Positions 25,676 through 36,154 of a stretch of 64,000 nt of DNA are shown piece by piece; position 1 is the stretch's first letter; each line of letters opens with the position of its first letter. Under the pieces are notes generated by a model that saw nothing but the letters and a program-made list of their open reading frames with translations, made no database searches and was not told where the DNA came from. The translations under genes were made by a program, and so were the position numbers. The DNA is taken from assembly GCA_949295085.1 (NCBI GenBank), contig CASFJS010000005.1:136991-200990 (forward strand), read 5' to 3'. The DNA comes from an uncultured Pseudomonadota bacterium (GTDB lineage Bacteria; Pseudomonadota; Alphaproteobacteria; RF32; CAG-239).

Positions 25676-25984
25676 ATGGATACACAAAATATCAGAATTC
25701 GCCTGAAGGCTTTTGACCATCGTTTGCTGGATCTTTCCACCAAAGAAATCGTCCATACGGCCAAAAGAACAGGCGCCAACGTCAGAGGGCCGATCCCCCT
25801 GCCGACCAGAATCGAAAAGTTTACGGTAAACCGTTCGCCGCACGTTGACAAAAAGTCGCGCGAGCAGTTTGAAATCCGTACGCACAAGAGACTTCTGGAT
25901 ATTGTTGACCCGACGCCGCAAACGGTTGATGCTTTGATGAAGCTTGATCTGGCTGCCGGGGTAAATGTTGAAATCAAGTTATAA
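25676..25984 (+). CDS. rpsJ: 30S ribosomal protein S10
   Basis: [23 protein letters not shown]. Confidence 0.99.
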   Translation: MDTQNIRIRLKAFDHRLLDLSTKEIVHTAKRTGANVRGPIPLPTRIEKFTVNRSPHVDKKSREQFEIRTHKRLLDIVDPTPQTVDALMKLDLAAGVNVEIKL

Positions 25985-26047
25985 TATTAATGTTGGCTTG
26001 GTAAGTAAGAGGTCAGGTCAACCTATTAAGAAAAGGAAAAAATAATA

Positions 26048-26776
26048 ATGCGTACAGGTCTGATTGCAAAAAAACTTGGAATGTCCCGCATTTTTAATGT
26101 TGACGGTACTCATGTGCCGGTAACGGTTTTGCAGATTGACGGCTTGGAAGTCGTCGCGGTGAAGACTCAGGAAAAAGACGGTTATACGTCGGTTCAACTG
26201 GGTTGCGGCAGTATCAAAGCAAAGAATCTGTCAAAGCCGATGAAGGGATATTTTGCAAAGGCTAATGTTGAGCCGAAGAAAAAGCTGGCTGAGTTCCGTG
26301 TTTCGGAAGATTGCCTGCTTGCCGTCGGCGATAAATTATCTGCAGAACACTTTGTTCCGGGGCAGTTTGTTGACGTCTGCGGAACATCAATCGGCAAAGG
26401 GTTTGCCGGCGCCATGAAGCGCCACAATTTTGCCGGTTTGGAAGCATCGCACGGTGTGTCGATTTCGCACCGCTCGCACGGTTCTACAGGAAACAGACAG
26501 GATCCCGGTAAGGTATTTAAGGGCAAAAAGATGGCCGGACACATGGGCGATGAGCGGGTTACCGTGCAGAACCTCAAGGTTGTTTCGGTTGATGCCGATA
26601 AGGGATTGATTATGGTTAAAGGCGGTGTTCCCGGATGTGAAAACAGCTGGGTTTATGTTACCGATGCCGTTAAGAAATCTTCTTCGGTTAAATTGCCGTT
26701 GCCTGCCGGTTTGATTAAAGTTGATGAACCTGTTGCAGCTAAAGCCGAGGCTGAAACTCCGGCTGAGAATGCATAA
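26048..26776 (+). CDS. rplC: 50S ribosomal protein L3
   Basis: [23 protein letters not shown]. Confidence 0.99.
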   Translation: MRTGLIAKKLGMSRIFNVDGTHVPVTVLQIDGLEVVAVKTQEKDGYTSVQLGCGSIKAKNLSKPMKGYFAKANVEPKKKLAEFRVSEDCLLAVGDKLSAEHFVPGQFVDVCGTSIGKGFAGAMKRHNFAGLEASHGVSISHRSHGSTGNRQDPGKVFKGKKMAGHMGDERVTVQNLKVVSVDADKGLIMVKGGVPGCENSWVYVTDAVKKSSSVKLPLPAGLIKVDEPVAAKAEAETPAENA

Positions 26777-26797
26777 AAAGTTATAAGGATGAAGATA

Positions 26798-27418
26798 ATG
26801 AAACAGGACATCTTAAATTTGGAAAACAAGGTTGTCGGTTCGATTGAACTTGACCAGTCAATTTTCGGACTGGAAGTTTGTGCCGATATCCTGCACCGCG
26901 TTGTGGTTTGGCAGTTGGCCAGACTGCAGGCCGGTACTCATAAGACCAAAGGCCGTTCGGAAGTTGCCTTAACGCCGGCCAAACCTTTTAAACAAAAAGG
27001 CGGCGGTCGTGCCCGTCAGGGTTCGCGCAAAGGTACGCAGTTCCGCAAGGGCGGCGTGGTGTTTGGTCCGGTTGTTCGCGATCATTCGCATGATTTGACC
27101 AAGAAGTTTAGAAAATTGGGCTTGAAGACAGCATTGTCTGCCAAGGCCAAAGAGGGCAATTTGGTTATTATCGACGAGGCCAAACTGGCTCAGCCGAAAA
27201 CCAAAGACCTCAAAAACAAACTGGAAGCTTTGAATCTGACCAACAGTTTGTTTATTGACGGTAAAGAGGTTGATACCAATTTTGCTCTGGCTTCGCGCAA
27301 TATCATCGGTGTTGACGTTTTGCCGACCATCGGTGCTAACGTATACGACATCTTGAGAAAAGAAAAATTGGTCTTGACGAAAGATGCGGTTGTTTGCTTG
27401 GGAGAAAGATTGAAATGA
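26798..27418 (+). CDS. rplD: 50S ribosomal protein L4
   Basis: [18 protein letters not shown]; alternative start at 26789. Confidence 0.98.
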   Translation: MKQDILNLENKVVGSIELDQSIFGLEVCADILHRVVVWQLARLQAGTHKTKGRSEVALTPAKPFKQKGGGRARQGSRKGTQFRKGGVVFGPVVRDHSHDLTKKFRKLGLKTALSAKAKEGNLVIIDEAKLAQPKTKDLKNKLEALNLTNSLFIDGKEVDTNFALASRNIIGVDVLPTIGANVYDILRKEKLVLTKDAVVCLGERLK

Positions 27419-27732
27419 GTAAGGCTAAGAAAACAAACAATGTAACGGCCAAAATGTATGATACGTTGGTTCGTCCGGTTATTACCGAGAAATCAATGTT
27501 GTCGTCGGAAAACGGCAAAGTTACATTCATCGTTCCTTTGTCTGCCAATAAAGACGAAGTTAAGGCTGCCGTTGAAGCAATCTTTAATGTCAAAGTAAAC
27601 AAAGTGAATACAATTCGTATAAACGGCAAAGAGAAGTTCTTCCGCGGCCATGCCGGACAGCGTTCCGACTACAAAAAAGCGGTGGTGACACTTGCCGAAG
27701 GTCAAAACATTGATGTTACTACAGGGATATAA
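27415..27732 (+). CDS. rplW: 50S ribosomal protein L23
   Basis: PVITEKS, KKAVVTL. Confidence 0.98.
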   Translation: MSKAKKTNNVTAKMYDTLVRPVITEKSMLSSENGKVTFIVPLSANKDEVKAAVEAIFNVKVNKVNTIRINGKEKFFRGHAGQRSDYKKAVVTLAEGQNIDVTTGI

Positions 27733-27735
27733 AAA

Positions 27736-28572
27736 ATGGCATTGAAAAATTATAAGCCCACATCTCCTGGACTTCGTCAGCTCGTTATCGTTGACAGAAG
27801 CGAGTTGTACAAAGGCAAACCTGAAAAATCGTTGACGGTCGGTTTGACAAAGACCGGCGGCCGCGATAATTTCGGTCATGTTACCAGTCGCAGAATTGGT
27901 GGCGGTCATAAACGCAAATTTCGCGTGATTGACTTCAAACGCAGAAAATTTGATGCAGAGGCAACCGTCGAGAGGATTGAATATGATCCGAATCGTTCGG
28001 CTTTTATTGCTTTGATAAGCTATGAGGACGGCGAAAAGGCTTATATTCTGGCTCCGCAAAGATTGAAAGCCGGCGATAAGATTATTTCTTCGGAAAAAGC
28101 CGATATCAAGCCGGGCAACGCGATGCCTTTGAAAAATATGCCGGTCGGCACGATTATTCACAACGTTGAGCTTAAAGCCGGAAAGGGCGGACAGTTGGTT
28201 CGTTCGGCCGGGTGCTATGCTCAGCTGGTTGGTAAAGATGCCGGTTATGCGCAGTTAAAACTCAGCTCGGGCGAGCTTCGGGTTGTCCGTGAAGAATGTT
28301 TGGCAACGGTCGGTGCGGTTTCGAACCCCGATAACCAAAACAAATCACTCGGCAAAGCCGGTCGCAATCGTTGGCTGGGTAATCGTCCGGTTTCGCGCGG
28401 TGTTGCCATGAACCCGGTTGACCACCCGCACGGCGGTGGTGAGGGTCGTACTTCGGGCGGTCGTCATCCGGTTACGCCTTGGGGTAAACCGACGAAAGGT
28501 GCTAAGACTCGTACTAACAAAAAGACGGATAAGTTCATTTTGAGAAGCCGTCATGAAAACAAAAAGAAATAA
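27736..28572 (+). CDS. rplB: 50S ribosomal protein L2
   Basis: [25 protein letters not shown]. Confidence 0.99.
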   Translation: MALKNYKPTSPGLRQLVIVDRSELYKGKPEKSLTVGLTKTGGRDNFGHVTSRRIGGGHKRKFRVIDFKRRKFDAEATVERIEYDPNRSAFIALISYEDGEKAYILAPQRLKAGDKIISSEKADIKPGNAMPLKNMPVGTIIHNVELKAGKGGQLVRSAGCYAQLVGKDAGYAQLKLSSGELRVVREECLATVGAVSNPDNQNKSLGKAGRNRWLGNRPVSRGVAMNPVDHPHGGGEGRTSGGRHPVTPWGKPTKGAKTRTNKKTDKFILRSRHENKKK

Positions 28573-28584
28573 GGAGAAACGCTC

Positions 28585-28866
28585 ATGACACGTTCCGTAT
28601 GGAAAGGGCCGTTTGTTGATGGCTATCTTCTGAAAAAAGCTGAAGCCGCAAGAGCTTCAAAACGTAACGAAGTGATTAAAATCTGGTCTCGTCGTTCAAC
28701 GATGTTGCCGCAGTTTGTCGGTTTGACGTTCGGCGTGCATAACGGCCACAAGTTTATTCCGGTACTGGTTACCGAGGATATGATCGGCCATAAGTTCGGT
28801 GAATTTGCGCCGACCCGCACGTTCTACGGTCATGCCGCAGACAAAAAGGTTCAGAGAGGTGAGTAA
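28585..28866 (+). CDS. rpsS: 30S ribosomal protein S19
   Basis: [19 protein letters not shown]. Confidence 0.99.
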   Translation: MTRSVWKGPFVDGYLLKKAEAARASKRNEVIKIWSRRSTMLPQFVGLTFGVHNGHKFIPVLVTEDMIGHKFGEFAPTRTFYGHAADKKVQRGE

Positions 28867-29240
28867 TGAGTAAAAAACAAAATGCAAGAAGAGTAGAGGC
28901 AAACGAGGCTTTGGCTATTTGTCACTCTATTCGCACTTCTCCGCGCAAGCTTAATTTGGTGGCGCAAACCATTCGCGGTTTGAGCGCATCAAAAGCGGTG
29001 GCAGAGCTCAGCTTTTCGAAGAAAAGAATTGCAAAAGTTGCTTTGGCGGTATTGCAATCGGCAATTGCCAATGCAGAAAACAATCACCAGCTCAATATCG
29101 ACAAATTGTTTGTTAAAGAAGCTTTTGTCGGTAAGGGCTTAGTTATGAAACGTATGCACGCGCGCGGTCGCGGCAGAGGGGCCAGAGTTTTGAAGCCCTT
29201 TTCAAAGTTGACCGTTGTGGTGGCAGAACGCGGGGAGTAA
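28866..29240 (+). CDS. rplV: 50S ribosomal protein L22
   Basis: [18 protein letters not shown]. Confidence 0.98.
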   Translation: MSKKQNARRVEANEALAICHSIRTSPRKLNLVAQTIRGLSASKAVAELSFSKKRIAKVALAVLQSAIANAENNHQLNIDKLFVKEAFVGKGLVMKRMHARGRGRGARVLKPFSKLTVVVAERGE

Positions 29241-29244
29241 TCTA

Positions 29245-29913
29245 ATGGGACAAAAAGTAAATCCTACCAGTCTTCGTTTGGGAGTTAACCGTACATGGGA
29301 CTCTCGGTGGTATGCTGATGACAAGTATGCGGATTATCTTCTCGAAGACGTTAAAATTAAAGAATTTTTGAAGGAAAAATTGGCACAGGCCGGCGTCAGC
29401 AAGATTGTGATTGAGCGTCCTGCCAAGAAAGCCAGAGTGACAATTCATTCCGCAAGACCGGGTGTTGTTATCGGCAAGAAGGGTCAGGATATTGAAGTCT
29501 TGAGAAAAGACATTCAGAAGATGACTGATTCGGAAGTCCAATTAAACATTCTGGAAGTAAGGAAACCTGAGTTGGATGCGCAATTAGTGGCAGACAGCGT
29601 GGCACAGCAGCTGGAGCGTCGCGTGGCTTTTCGCCGGGCAATGAAACGCGTTATGCAGTCTGCTTTGCGTCTGGGTGCCGAGGGGATTAAGGTTGCTTGT
29701 TCGGGACGTTTGGGCGGCGCGGAAATCGCCAGAACCGAGCATTACCGCGAGGGCCGTGTTCCTTTGCATACCCTGCGTGCCGACATTGATTATGCAACCT
29801 CAACCGCTCATACGACTTATGGGGCTTGCGGCGTTAAGGTTTGGATCTATAAGGGCGAAATTATGGCTCATGATCCGATGGCGCAAGACAAAAAGTTGGC
29901 TGAGCAGAAATAA
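29245..29913 (+). CDS. rpsC: 30S ribosomal protein S3
   Basis: [21 protein letters not shown]. Confidence 0.99.
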   Translation: MGQKVNPTSLRLGVNRTWDSRWYADDKYADYLLEDVKIKEFLKEKLAQAGVSKIVIERPAKKARVTIHSARPGVVIGKKGQDIEVLRKDIQKMTDSEVQLNILEVRKPELDAQLVADSVAQQLERRVAFRRAMKRVMQSALRLGAEGIKVACSGRLGGAEIARTEHYREGRVPLHTLRADIDYATSTAHTTYGACGVKVWIYKGEIMAHDPMAQDKKLAEQK

Positions 29914-29926
29914 TGGGTGAATAGAA

Positions 29927-30355
29927 ATGTTAAGTCCAAAAAGATTGAAATTCCGCAAACAGCATAAAGGCCGTATTCACGGTCTGGCCAAGGGCGGATC
30001 AGAATTGAGTTTTGGTTCATACGGTCTGAAAGCGTTGACGCCGGATCGCATTACGGCTCGCCAGATTGAGGCGGCTCGTCGTGCGATTACCCGTGAGATG
30101 AAAAGACTGGGTCAGTTGTGGATCAGAATTTTCCCGGATGTTCCGGTGTCGGACAAACCGGCTGAGGTTCGTATGGGTAAAGGTAAAGGTTCTGTCGAGT
30201 TCTGGGTTGCCAGAGTTAAACCGGGACGCATTTTGTTTGAATGCGAAGGTATTGACGAGGCAACGGCGCGTCAGGCGTTGGCGCTTGGTGCCGCAAAACT
30301 GCCGATTAAGACCAAGTTTGTAAAAAAACTTAATTCGGAACTGGGAGCAGAATAA
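29927..30355 (+). CDS. rplP: 50S ribosomal protein L16
   Basis: [15 protein letters not shown]. Confidence 0.99.
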   Translation: MLSPKRLKFRKQHKGRIHGLAKGGSELSFGSYGLKALTPDRITARQIEAARRAITREMKRLGQLWIRIFPDVPVSDKPAEVRMGKGKGSVEFWVARVKPGRILFECEGIDEATARQALALGAAKLPIKTKFVKKLNSELGAE

Positions 30356-30552
30356 TGGTAAAAACAAAAGATCTTCGCGCTATGAGTTTGGATGAACTGG
30401 AAGCCAAACTGCTTGAGTGCAAAAAAGAGCAGTTTAACTTGCGCGTTCAACAATCTACCGGCCAATTGCAAAACACAGCCCAGCTGGCAAAGGTCCGTAA
30501 AGAAGTAGCCAGAATCAACACGCTCATCAGTGAGCGCAACAAGAAGAATTAA
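30355..30552 (+). CDS. rpmC: 50S ribosomal protein L29
   Basis: KKEQFNLR..TGQL..VRKEVARINT. Confidence 0.97.
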   Translation: MVKTKDLRAMSLDELEAKLLECKKEQFNLRVQQSTGQLQNTAQLAKVRKEVARINTLISERNKKN

Positions 30553-30568
30553 TTGAAGGAGAAAACTT

Positions 30569-30805
30569 ATGCCTAAAAGAATTCTTCAAGGTGTTGTTGT
30601 CAGTGATAAACAGGATAAAACCGTCGTGGTCAGCGTAGAGCGTCAGGTTATGCATCCGGTTTATAAAAAATTCATCAAAAGGAGCAAGAAGTATGCAGCT
30701 CATGATGAAAACAATCAGTTCAAGGTTGGCGATGTCGTCCGCATTGAAGAATGCGCGCCGAAGTCAAAAACCAAAACATGGACTGTACTCGTTGATAACG
30801 CCTAA
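30569..30805 (+). CDS. rpsQ: 30S ribosomal protein S17
   Basis: [21 protein letters not shown]. Confidence 0.98.
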   Translation: MPKRILQGVVVSDKQDKTVVVSVERQVMHPVYKKFIKRSKKYAAHDENNQFKVGDVVRIEECAPKSKTKTWTVLVDNA

Positions 30806-30823
30806 GAGAAAAGGAATTAGAAA

Positions 30824-31192
30824 ATGATACAGATGCAAACCAACCTTGATGTCGCCGACAACTCTGGTGCTCGTCAGGTGCAGTGCATTAAAGTTCTTGG
30901 CGGATCCAAGAGAATGCACGCTTCCGTTGGCGATGTGATTGTCGTATCCGTTAAGGATGCGATACCAAAGGGTCGTGTGAAAAAAGGTGATGTTCACAAA
31001 GCCGTTATTGTTCGGACGGCTTCGGACATCAGACGTAAAGACGGATCGGTTATCCGTTTTGACAAGAATGCTGCCGTTCTCATCAACAAAGACGGCGAGC
31101 CGATTGGTACGCGTATCTTCGGCCCCGTTACGAGAGAACTCAGAACCAAGAAATTTATGAAAATTATTTCATTAGCACCGGAGGTACTGTAA
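30824..31192 (+). CDS. rplN: 50S ribosomal protein L14
   Basis: [22 protein letters not shown]. Confidence 0.99.
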   Translation: MIQMQTNLDVADNSGARQVQCIKVLGGSKRMHASVGDVIVVSVKDAIPKGRVKKGDVHKAVIVRTASDIRRKDGSVIRFDKNAAVLINKDGEPIGTRIFGPVTRELRTKKFMKIISLAPEVL

Positions 31193-31500
31193 TGCCTAAA
31201 TTGAGAATTAAAAAGGGCGACCAAGTTGTCATTTTGTCAGGTGATGACAAAGGCAAAACTGGTGAGGTATTGAAAGCGATGCCGAAGGAAAACAAAGTGG
31301 TTGTGCAAGGTGTTAATCTGGTTAAAAGACACACCAAGCCCAGCCAGACCAACCCTGGCGGTATCGTCACCAAAGAAGCACCAATCAACGCATCAAACGT
31401 TGCGTATGCCAAGGACGGGAAAGCCACCAAAATCGGCTATAAGGAAGTCAATGGCAAGAAAGTGCGCGTTGCCCGCAAAACCGGTGCCGTAATCGATTAA
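31192..31500 (+). CDS. rplX: 50S ribosomal protein L24
   Basis: [21 protein letters not shown] motif. Confidence 0.98.
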   Translation: MPKLRIKKGDQVVILSGDDKGKTGEVLKAMPKENKVVVQGVNLVKRHTKPSQTNPGGIVTKEAPINASNVAYAKDGKATKIGYKEVNGKKVRVARKTGAVID

Positions 31501-31514
31501 TGGGAGAAAAATTT

Positions 31515-32054
31515 ATGGCAAATTTTGAAGATTTGTACAATCAGGTCATAAAAAAATCTCTTGTGGAAAAATTCGGTTACACCAACCCACACGAGATTCC
31601 GAAGCTGACAAAGATTGTATTAAATATCGGTGTCGGTGATGCCGTTACCGATAAAAAGAAACTGAATAACGCGGTTGAGGAGCTTGCTCTGATTGCCGGG
31701 CAAAAACCGGTGGTTACCACGGCGCGCAAATCAATTGCGACGTTTAAGGTCAGAGAAGGTATGCCGATCGGCTGCAAAGTGACGCTGCGTTCAACCAGGA
31801 TGTATGAGTTTTTGGAAAGACTGGTCAACATGGCTTTGCCGCGCGTCAGAGACTTTCACGGTATCAGCGGAAAGAACTTTGACGGTCGGGGCAATTTTGC
31901 GTTTGGTATTAAAGAGCAGATTATTTTCCCCGAAATCAACTATGATAAGGTTGAAAATATCAGAGGTATGGATATCTGCATTTGCACCAGCGCCAAAACG
32001 GACGAAGAAGCCAAGGCTCTTTTGACCGGATTTAATCTGCCTTGCAAGAAATAA
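31515..32054 (+). CDS. rplE: 50S ribosomal protein L5
   Basis: [22 protein letters not shown]. Confidence 0.99.
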   Translation: MANFEDLYNQVIKKSLVEKFGYTNPHEIPKLTKIVLNIGVGDAVTDKKKLNNAVEELALIAGQKPVVTTARKSIATFKVREGMPIGCKVTLRSTRMYEFLERLVNMALPRVRDFHGISGKNFDGRGNFAFGIKEQIIFPEINYDKVENIRGMDICICTSAKTDEEAKALLTGFNLPCKK

Positions 32055-32068
32055 GTGGAGAGAAACAC

Positions 32069-32374
32069 ATGGCAAAAACAAGTTCAGTTTACAGAAACTT
32101 GAAAAGAGCTGAGATGGCGAAGAAATATGCTTCTCGTCGCGATAAGCTCAAGAAGATAGTTATGGATAAAACCATCTCTCCGGAAGAGAGATTCCAGGCT
32201 ACTTTGAAACTGGCCGAGCTGCCGCGTAATTCTGCCAAGAACAGATACAGAAACCGCTGCAAGCTTACGGGCCGTTCTCGTGGTGTTTACCGGAAATTCG
32301 GCTTGTCCCGCATTGAGTTGCGCGATATGGCAAGCTTTGGTGAAATTCCGGGTTTGGTTAAATCAAGCTGGTAG
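32069..32374 (+). CDS. rpsN: 30S ribosomal protein S14 (long, zinc-independent form)
   Basis: [21 protein letters not shown]. Confidence 0.98.
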   Translation: MAKTSSVYRNLKRAEMAKKYASRRDKLKKIVMDKTISPEERFQATLKLAELPRNSAKNRYRNRCKLTGRSRGVYRKFGLSRIELRDMASFGEIPGLVKSSW

Positions 32375-32385
32375 GAGATTCGAAT

Positions 32386-32784
32386 ATGTCAATGACAGAT
32401 CCTTTGGGCGATATGCTCACACGCATTAGAAACGCACAAAGAGCCAAGAAGAGTGAAGTCGTATCACCTGCTTCTCGCTTGCGTGAAAATGTGTTGGAAG
32501 TTCTGAAAAAAGAAGGGTACATCCTTGGTTATGAAAAAGCCAATGTTCGTCCCGGTGTTGATGAACTTCATATTAAATTGAAGTATCATGAGGGTGCTTC
32601 GGTTATTACGGAAATTTTCCGGGTGTCCACTCCGGGCAGAAGAGTTTATTCTTCGGTTAAAGATTTGCCGAGAGTGTATAACGGCCTGGGTATTTCCATT
32701 ATTTCGACCCCGCGCGGCGTTATGAGCGATAATGAAGCCCGTAAAGCCAATGTCGGCGGCGAGATTTTGTGCCAGGTATTTTAA
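32386..32784 (+). CDS. rpsH: 30S ribosomal protein S8
   Basis: [19 protein letters not shown]. Confidence 0.99.
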   Translation: MSMTDPLGDMLTRIRNAQRAKKSEVVSPASRLRENVLEVLKKEGYILGYEKANVRPGVDELHIKLKYHEGASVITEIFRVSTPGRRVYSSVKDLPRVYNGLGISIISTPRGVMSDNEARKANVGGEILCQVF

Positions 32785-32799
32785 GAGGGAGAAAACGGT

Positions 32800-33336
32800 A
32801 TGTCTAGAATTGGTAAAAATCCGGTTATTATCCCTGATGGCGTTAGTGTTGCGGTTGATGCCGGCAATGTTTTGGTTAAGGGGAAAAACGGTGAATTGTC
32901 CTGCCATTATGATGCCGATCATGTGTCGGTCGCGGTAGAAGGGAATAAAGTGGTTGTTGCACCGAAAGCCGAGACCAAACAGGCCCGCGCTTTGTGGGGG
33001 ACAACCAGAGCCAACATCAACACCCTGGTTAAAGGTGTGCATGACGGCTATACAAAAGAGTTGGAGCTGGTCGGCGTCGGCTATAAGGCCCGCGTTGAAG
33101 GCAGCAAGCTGATTTTGTCTTTGGGTTTTTCACATGATGTGACGATTGAAACCCCGAAAGGCTTAAAAATCACCTGTGCATCGCCGACACAGATCAGCAT
33201 CTTTGGTGCAGACAAGCAGCTTGTCGGACAGACGGCATCGGAAATTCGCGATTGGAGAAAACCGGAGCCTTATAAGGGTAAAGGTGTTAAATATGTCGGC
33301 GAATATGTCCGTCGTAAAGAAGGCAAGAAGAAATAA
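32800..33336 (+). CDS. rplF: 50S ribosomal protein L6
   Basis: MSRIGK, PEPYKGKG. Confidence 0.99.
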   Translation: MSRIGKNPVIIPDGVSVAVDAGNVLVKGKNGELSCHYDADHVSVAVEGNKVVVAPKAETKQARALWGTTRANINTLVKGVHDGYTKELELVGVGYKARVEGSKLILSLGFSHDVTIETPKGLKITCASPTQISIFGADKQLVGQTASEIRDWRKPEPYKGKGVKYVGEYVRRKEGKKK

Positions 33337-33349
33337 GGATAAATAAAAG

Positions 33350-33712
33350 ATGAGTACACCAAGAGAATCATTTGAAAAGAGAAAGGGCCGGGTTCGGGCC
33401 GCTCTTAAAAAAGCTGCCAACGGCAAGATGAGATTGTCCGTCTTCCGCAGCGGCAAACATATGTATGCTCAGATTATTGACGACGTTAAGGGCGTTACGG
33501 TGGCTTCGGCTTCGACTTTGGATAAAGAAGTCAGGGAAAACCTGAAGAAGACCGCTAATGTCGAGGCGGCAAGCTTTGTCGGCAAAGTTGTTGCCGAGAG
33601 AGCCGTCAAGGCCGGCGTCAGTGAGGTGGTTTTTGACCGCGGCGGTTATGTTTATCATGGTCGGGTCAAAGCTTTGGCCGATGCAGCACGCAGTGCTGGT
33701 TTGAAATTCTAA
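33350..33712 (+). CDS. rplR: 50S ribosomal protein L18
   Basis: [24 protein letters not shown]. Confidence 0.99.
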   Translation: MSTPRESFEKRKGRVRAALKKAANGKMRLSVFRSGKHMYAQIIDDVKGVTVASASTLDKEVRENLKKTANVEAASFVGKVVAERAVKAGVSEVVFDRGGYVYHGRVKALADAARSAGLKF

Positions 33713-33723
33713 GGAGAGTAGAA

Positions 33724-34299
33724 ATGGCACAACAAGCTGTAGAACAACGCCGCAATAATAACAGAGCGGAAAAGAAAGAAGAACTGGTTGAGAAGCTGGT
33801 TCATGTCAACCGGGTTGCCAAGACGGTTAAAGGCGGCCGCACGATGTCGTTTGCGGCGGTTGTGGTTGTCGGCGACCAGAAAGGCCGGGTTGGTTACGGC
33901 GCCGGTAAGGCTTCGGAAGTTCCGGAAGCCATTACCAAAGCGACCAATGAAGCCAAAAGAAATATGATTCGCATTCCGTTGCGTGAGGGCAGAACTTTGC
34001 ATCACGACGTGTCGGGGCGTTTTGGCGCGGGCAAGGTTTATTTGAGAACAGCCCCTGCCGGTACCGGTGTTATTGCCGGCGGCCCGATGCGTGCGGTGTT
34101 TGAGGTTCTGGGCGTTCAGGACGTGGTTGCCAAATCGGTCGGGTCAAACAACCCGTACAATATGATTAAAGCAACGTTTAACGCTCTTGAATCCATCAAT
34201 TCGCCAAGAATGGTCGCGGCCAAACGCGGTAAAAAGGTCGGTGATATTGTTTCGCGTCGCGAAAGCACCGGTTCAAAAGCAGTTGCAGAGGAGGCTTAA
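33724..34299 (+). CDS. rpsE: 30S ribosomal protein S5
   Basis: [19 protein letters not shown]. Confidence 0.99.
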   Translation: MAQQAVEQRRNNNRAEKKEELVEKLVHVNRVAKTVKGGRTMSFAAVVVVGDQKGRVGYGAGKASEVPEAITKATNEAKRNMIRIPLREGRTLHHDVSGRFGAGKVYLRTAPAGTGVIAGGPMRAVFEVLGVQDVVAKSVGSNNPYNMIKATFNALESINSPRMVAAKRGKKVGDIVSRRESTGSKAVAEEA

Positions 34300-34302
34300 T
34301 CG

Positions 34303-34488
34303 ATGGCTAATAAAAAAACTATTAAGGTTACGCAAATCGCCAGCCCGATCGGCAGACCGAAAGACCAGAGAGCGACTTTAATCGGTCTCGGATTGAACAA
34401 GATGCACAAGGTGTCCGAACTGGAAGATACGCCTGCAATCCGCGGGATGATTAAGAAAGTTCAGCATCTTGTAAAGGTTGAAGAATAG
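34303..34488 (+). CDS. rpmD: 50S ribosomal protein L30
   Basis: [24 protein letters not shown]. Confidence 0.98.
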   Translation: MANKKTIKVTQIASPIGRPKDQRATLIGLGLNKMHKVSELEDTPAIRGMIKKVQHLVKVEE

Positions 34489-34490
34489 TC

Positions 34491-34594
34491 AAGGATTGCA
34501 AAAGGGCTGTCATGCTTGGAATTTTGTCGCTTGTGTAGCTATTTGTACACCGCACTCTAAAATTCCTGCGCAGCACAGCCCTTTATCAACCCTT
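34491..34594. repeat. Long imperfect palindromic element (RPE/MITE-like) between rpmD and rplO
   Basis: Nested arms aaagggctgt/acagcccttt, ggaatttt/aaaattcc, gtgta/tacac. Confidence 0.7.
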
Positions 34595-34634
34595 TTTAGA
34601 GTATAAAATCAAGTTTTATAATAGGATTAAAACA

Positions 34635-35090
34635 ATGAAACTCAATGAAATCAGAGATAACGAAGGCGCCAGAAAGCCCCGCAAGCGTGTGGCGCGCGGT
34701 ATCGGCAGCGGCTCCGGCAAAACGGCCGGTCGCGGTCAAAAGGGCCAGAAGTCGCGTTCGGGTGTTGCCGTTAACGGGTTTGAGGGCGGCCAGATGCCGA
34801 TTTATCGCAGACTGCCGAAAAGAGGTTTTAAAAACCACTTTGCCAAAGAGTTTGCCATTGTTAATCTGGACAGCATTCAAAAGGCGCTTGACGCCGGCAA
34901 ACTGAATGCCGAAGAGATTAATATTGAGGCTTTGTTGAAAGCCGGTCTGGTCAATAAAAAGCTGGATGGTGTTCGTCTGCTGGCCAGAGGCGCGATTACC
35001 TCAAAAATCAACATTACGGTTAACTCGGCGTCTAAGTCGGCGGTTGCCGCGGTTGAAAAAGCCGGCGGTAAAGTCAGCCTGGTGGCTTAA
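34635..35090 (+). CDS. rplO: 50S ribosomal protein L15
   Basis: [28 protein letters not shown]. Confidence 0.99.
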   Translation: MKLNEIRDNEGARKPRKRVARGIGSGSGKTAGRGQKGQKSRSGVAVNGFEGGQMPIYRRLPKRGFKNHFAKEFAIVNLDSIQKALDAGKLNAEEINIEALLKAGLVNKKLDGVRLLARGAITSKINITVNSASKSAVAAVEKAGGKVSLVA

Positions 35091-35109
35091 GAGTTTGCTT
35101 GCATAGCGC

Positions 35110-35146
35110 AAAAAATCCGTCCTTTTATTTGAAGGGCGGGTTTTTT
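35110..35146. terminator. Bidirectional terminator after rplO
   Basis: aaaaaatccgtcctt / aagggcgggtttttt. Confidence 0.85.
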
Positions 35147-35152
35147 GTTATG

Positions 35153-35709
35153 TTATTTATCCGGTGTGTATAGATATATACAGGTTTTAATGAAACCCCA
35201 AGACAGATCTATTCGTCTTTTTAATTTAAGAACGGAGAGTTTGAATACTTCAGACAGAACAAGACTGTCGGAGGTCAGTTCTTTATTGAGTTTGCTGCCT
35301 ATTTTTGTTCAATGCCGGTACCGAGATAACATAAAATCAAACGATATTCCGATAAATCTTCAAGAAAAAAGTCGCGATACTTTATCGTTATGTTAGGCAA
35401 ATTTCTGGTTTTGTAGACGGCCAGCATATAAGGGATGATATCCTATTCGTAACCGACAAATTGATGGTTTGGAAATTGTTTGGCCAAAGGAATCAGTAAA
35501 CTGCCGGAACCGCAGCCGAGACAACGGTTTGGGCGTCGGGGTGTTGTTGCAAAAACAATGCAGCCTGGCGGATGGTTTCTTTTTTGGGTTTGCCAAAAGA
35601 GGCTATAAACGGCGGGTTAAGGCCCCTGCTCTTGACAAAATAGATAATCAACCACAAATTAAAAAAAACAGGCCAGAATAAACAAAAACAGCGCAAAATA
35701 AAAAAACAT
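35153..35709 (-). pseudogene. Membrane-anchored class I SAM-dependent methyltransferase pseudogene
   Basis: Stitched translation MFFYFALFLFILACFF/NLWLIIYF..NPPFIAS..QTVV/LGCGSGSLL..FVGYE*DII..RDFFLEDL..ILCYL..EQK/IGSKLNKEL..VLSEVF. AAGGAG SD; three frameshifts and one TAG. Confidence 0.85.
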
Positions 35710-35733
35710 TCGGACAGCTCCTTGTTCGAGAAT

Positions 35734-35833
35734 AAAAAAAGCCGCCTTTGTCGGGGCGACTGGAAGTTGGAAACTACCGAAAGATAGTGCGACATATTGA
35801 CTGAAACAGCGTATTTTGCCGCCTTCCAGTCAT
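35734..35833 (-). ncRNA. C4-like antisense RNA (three-way junction) with overlapping terminator
   Basis: Minus strand P1 GACTGGAAG/CTTCCAGTC, P2 GCGGCA/TGTCGC with AATAC/AATA internal loop, P3 ACTATC-TTTC-GGTAGT, junction TTCCA; terminator GTCGCC/GGCGGC plus T7. Confidence 0.7.
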
Positions 35834-35881
35834 TGTGATGACTCTCAGACGTGCAAAATTTTCGTCTTTACACTACAGACG

Positions 35882-35963
35882 CTTTCGGAGAGGTTTCCAC
35901 ACCCCGGAACGGTCTATCAACCATTCCGCCGATCATCGTATTTGATTTTGCGGCAAAAGTAAA
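35882..35963 (-). promoter_or_regulatory. Promoter and upstream target site (a1/b1-like) of the C4-like RNA
   Basis: TTTACT-N17-TACGAT; downstream TGGAAAC-ctct-CCGAAAG is complementary to CTTTCGG-ta-GTTTCCA in the RNA. Confidence 0.65.
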
Positions 35964-36154
35964 GAAAATTGAGTTTAAAGGGGATTGTTTGAAAAAGTTT
36001 TTTGGGTTTGTCGATAAAAGCCGGGCAACTTCTTTTGTGTGCGGTAAAGGGATAAAACAGTTGCATTAAAAATTTTTTAGTGTATTAATATCTTAGCTTA
36101 AAAGGGTTTTAAAAAAGCCCTGATTGTTGTTTTTGAATTTTTAAGGAAGTAAAA

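Noticed and set aside
35145-35681. Plus-strand ORFs 35145-35396 and 35469-35681, in frame across two stops (possible readthrough or recoding)
   Set aside because: Better explained as the antisense shadow of the minus-strand methyltransferase pseudogene
35734-35930. Cobalamin or SAM riboswitch, tmRNA or 6S RNA as identity of the structured RNA
   Set aside because: Their conserved cores were not found; bipartite complementarity to flanking targets fits a C4-type RNA better
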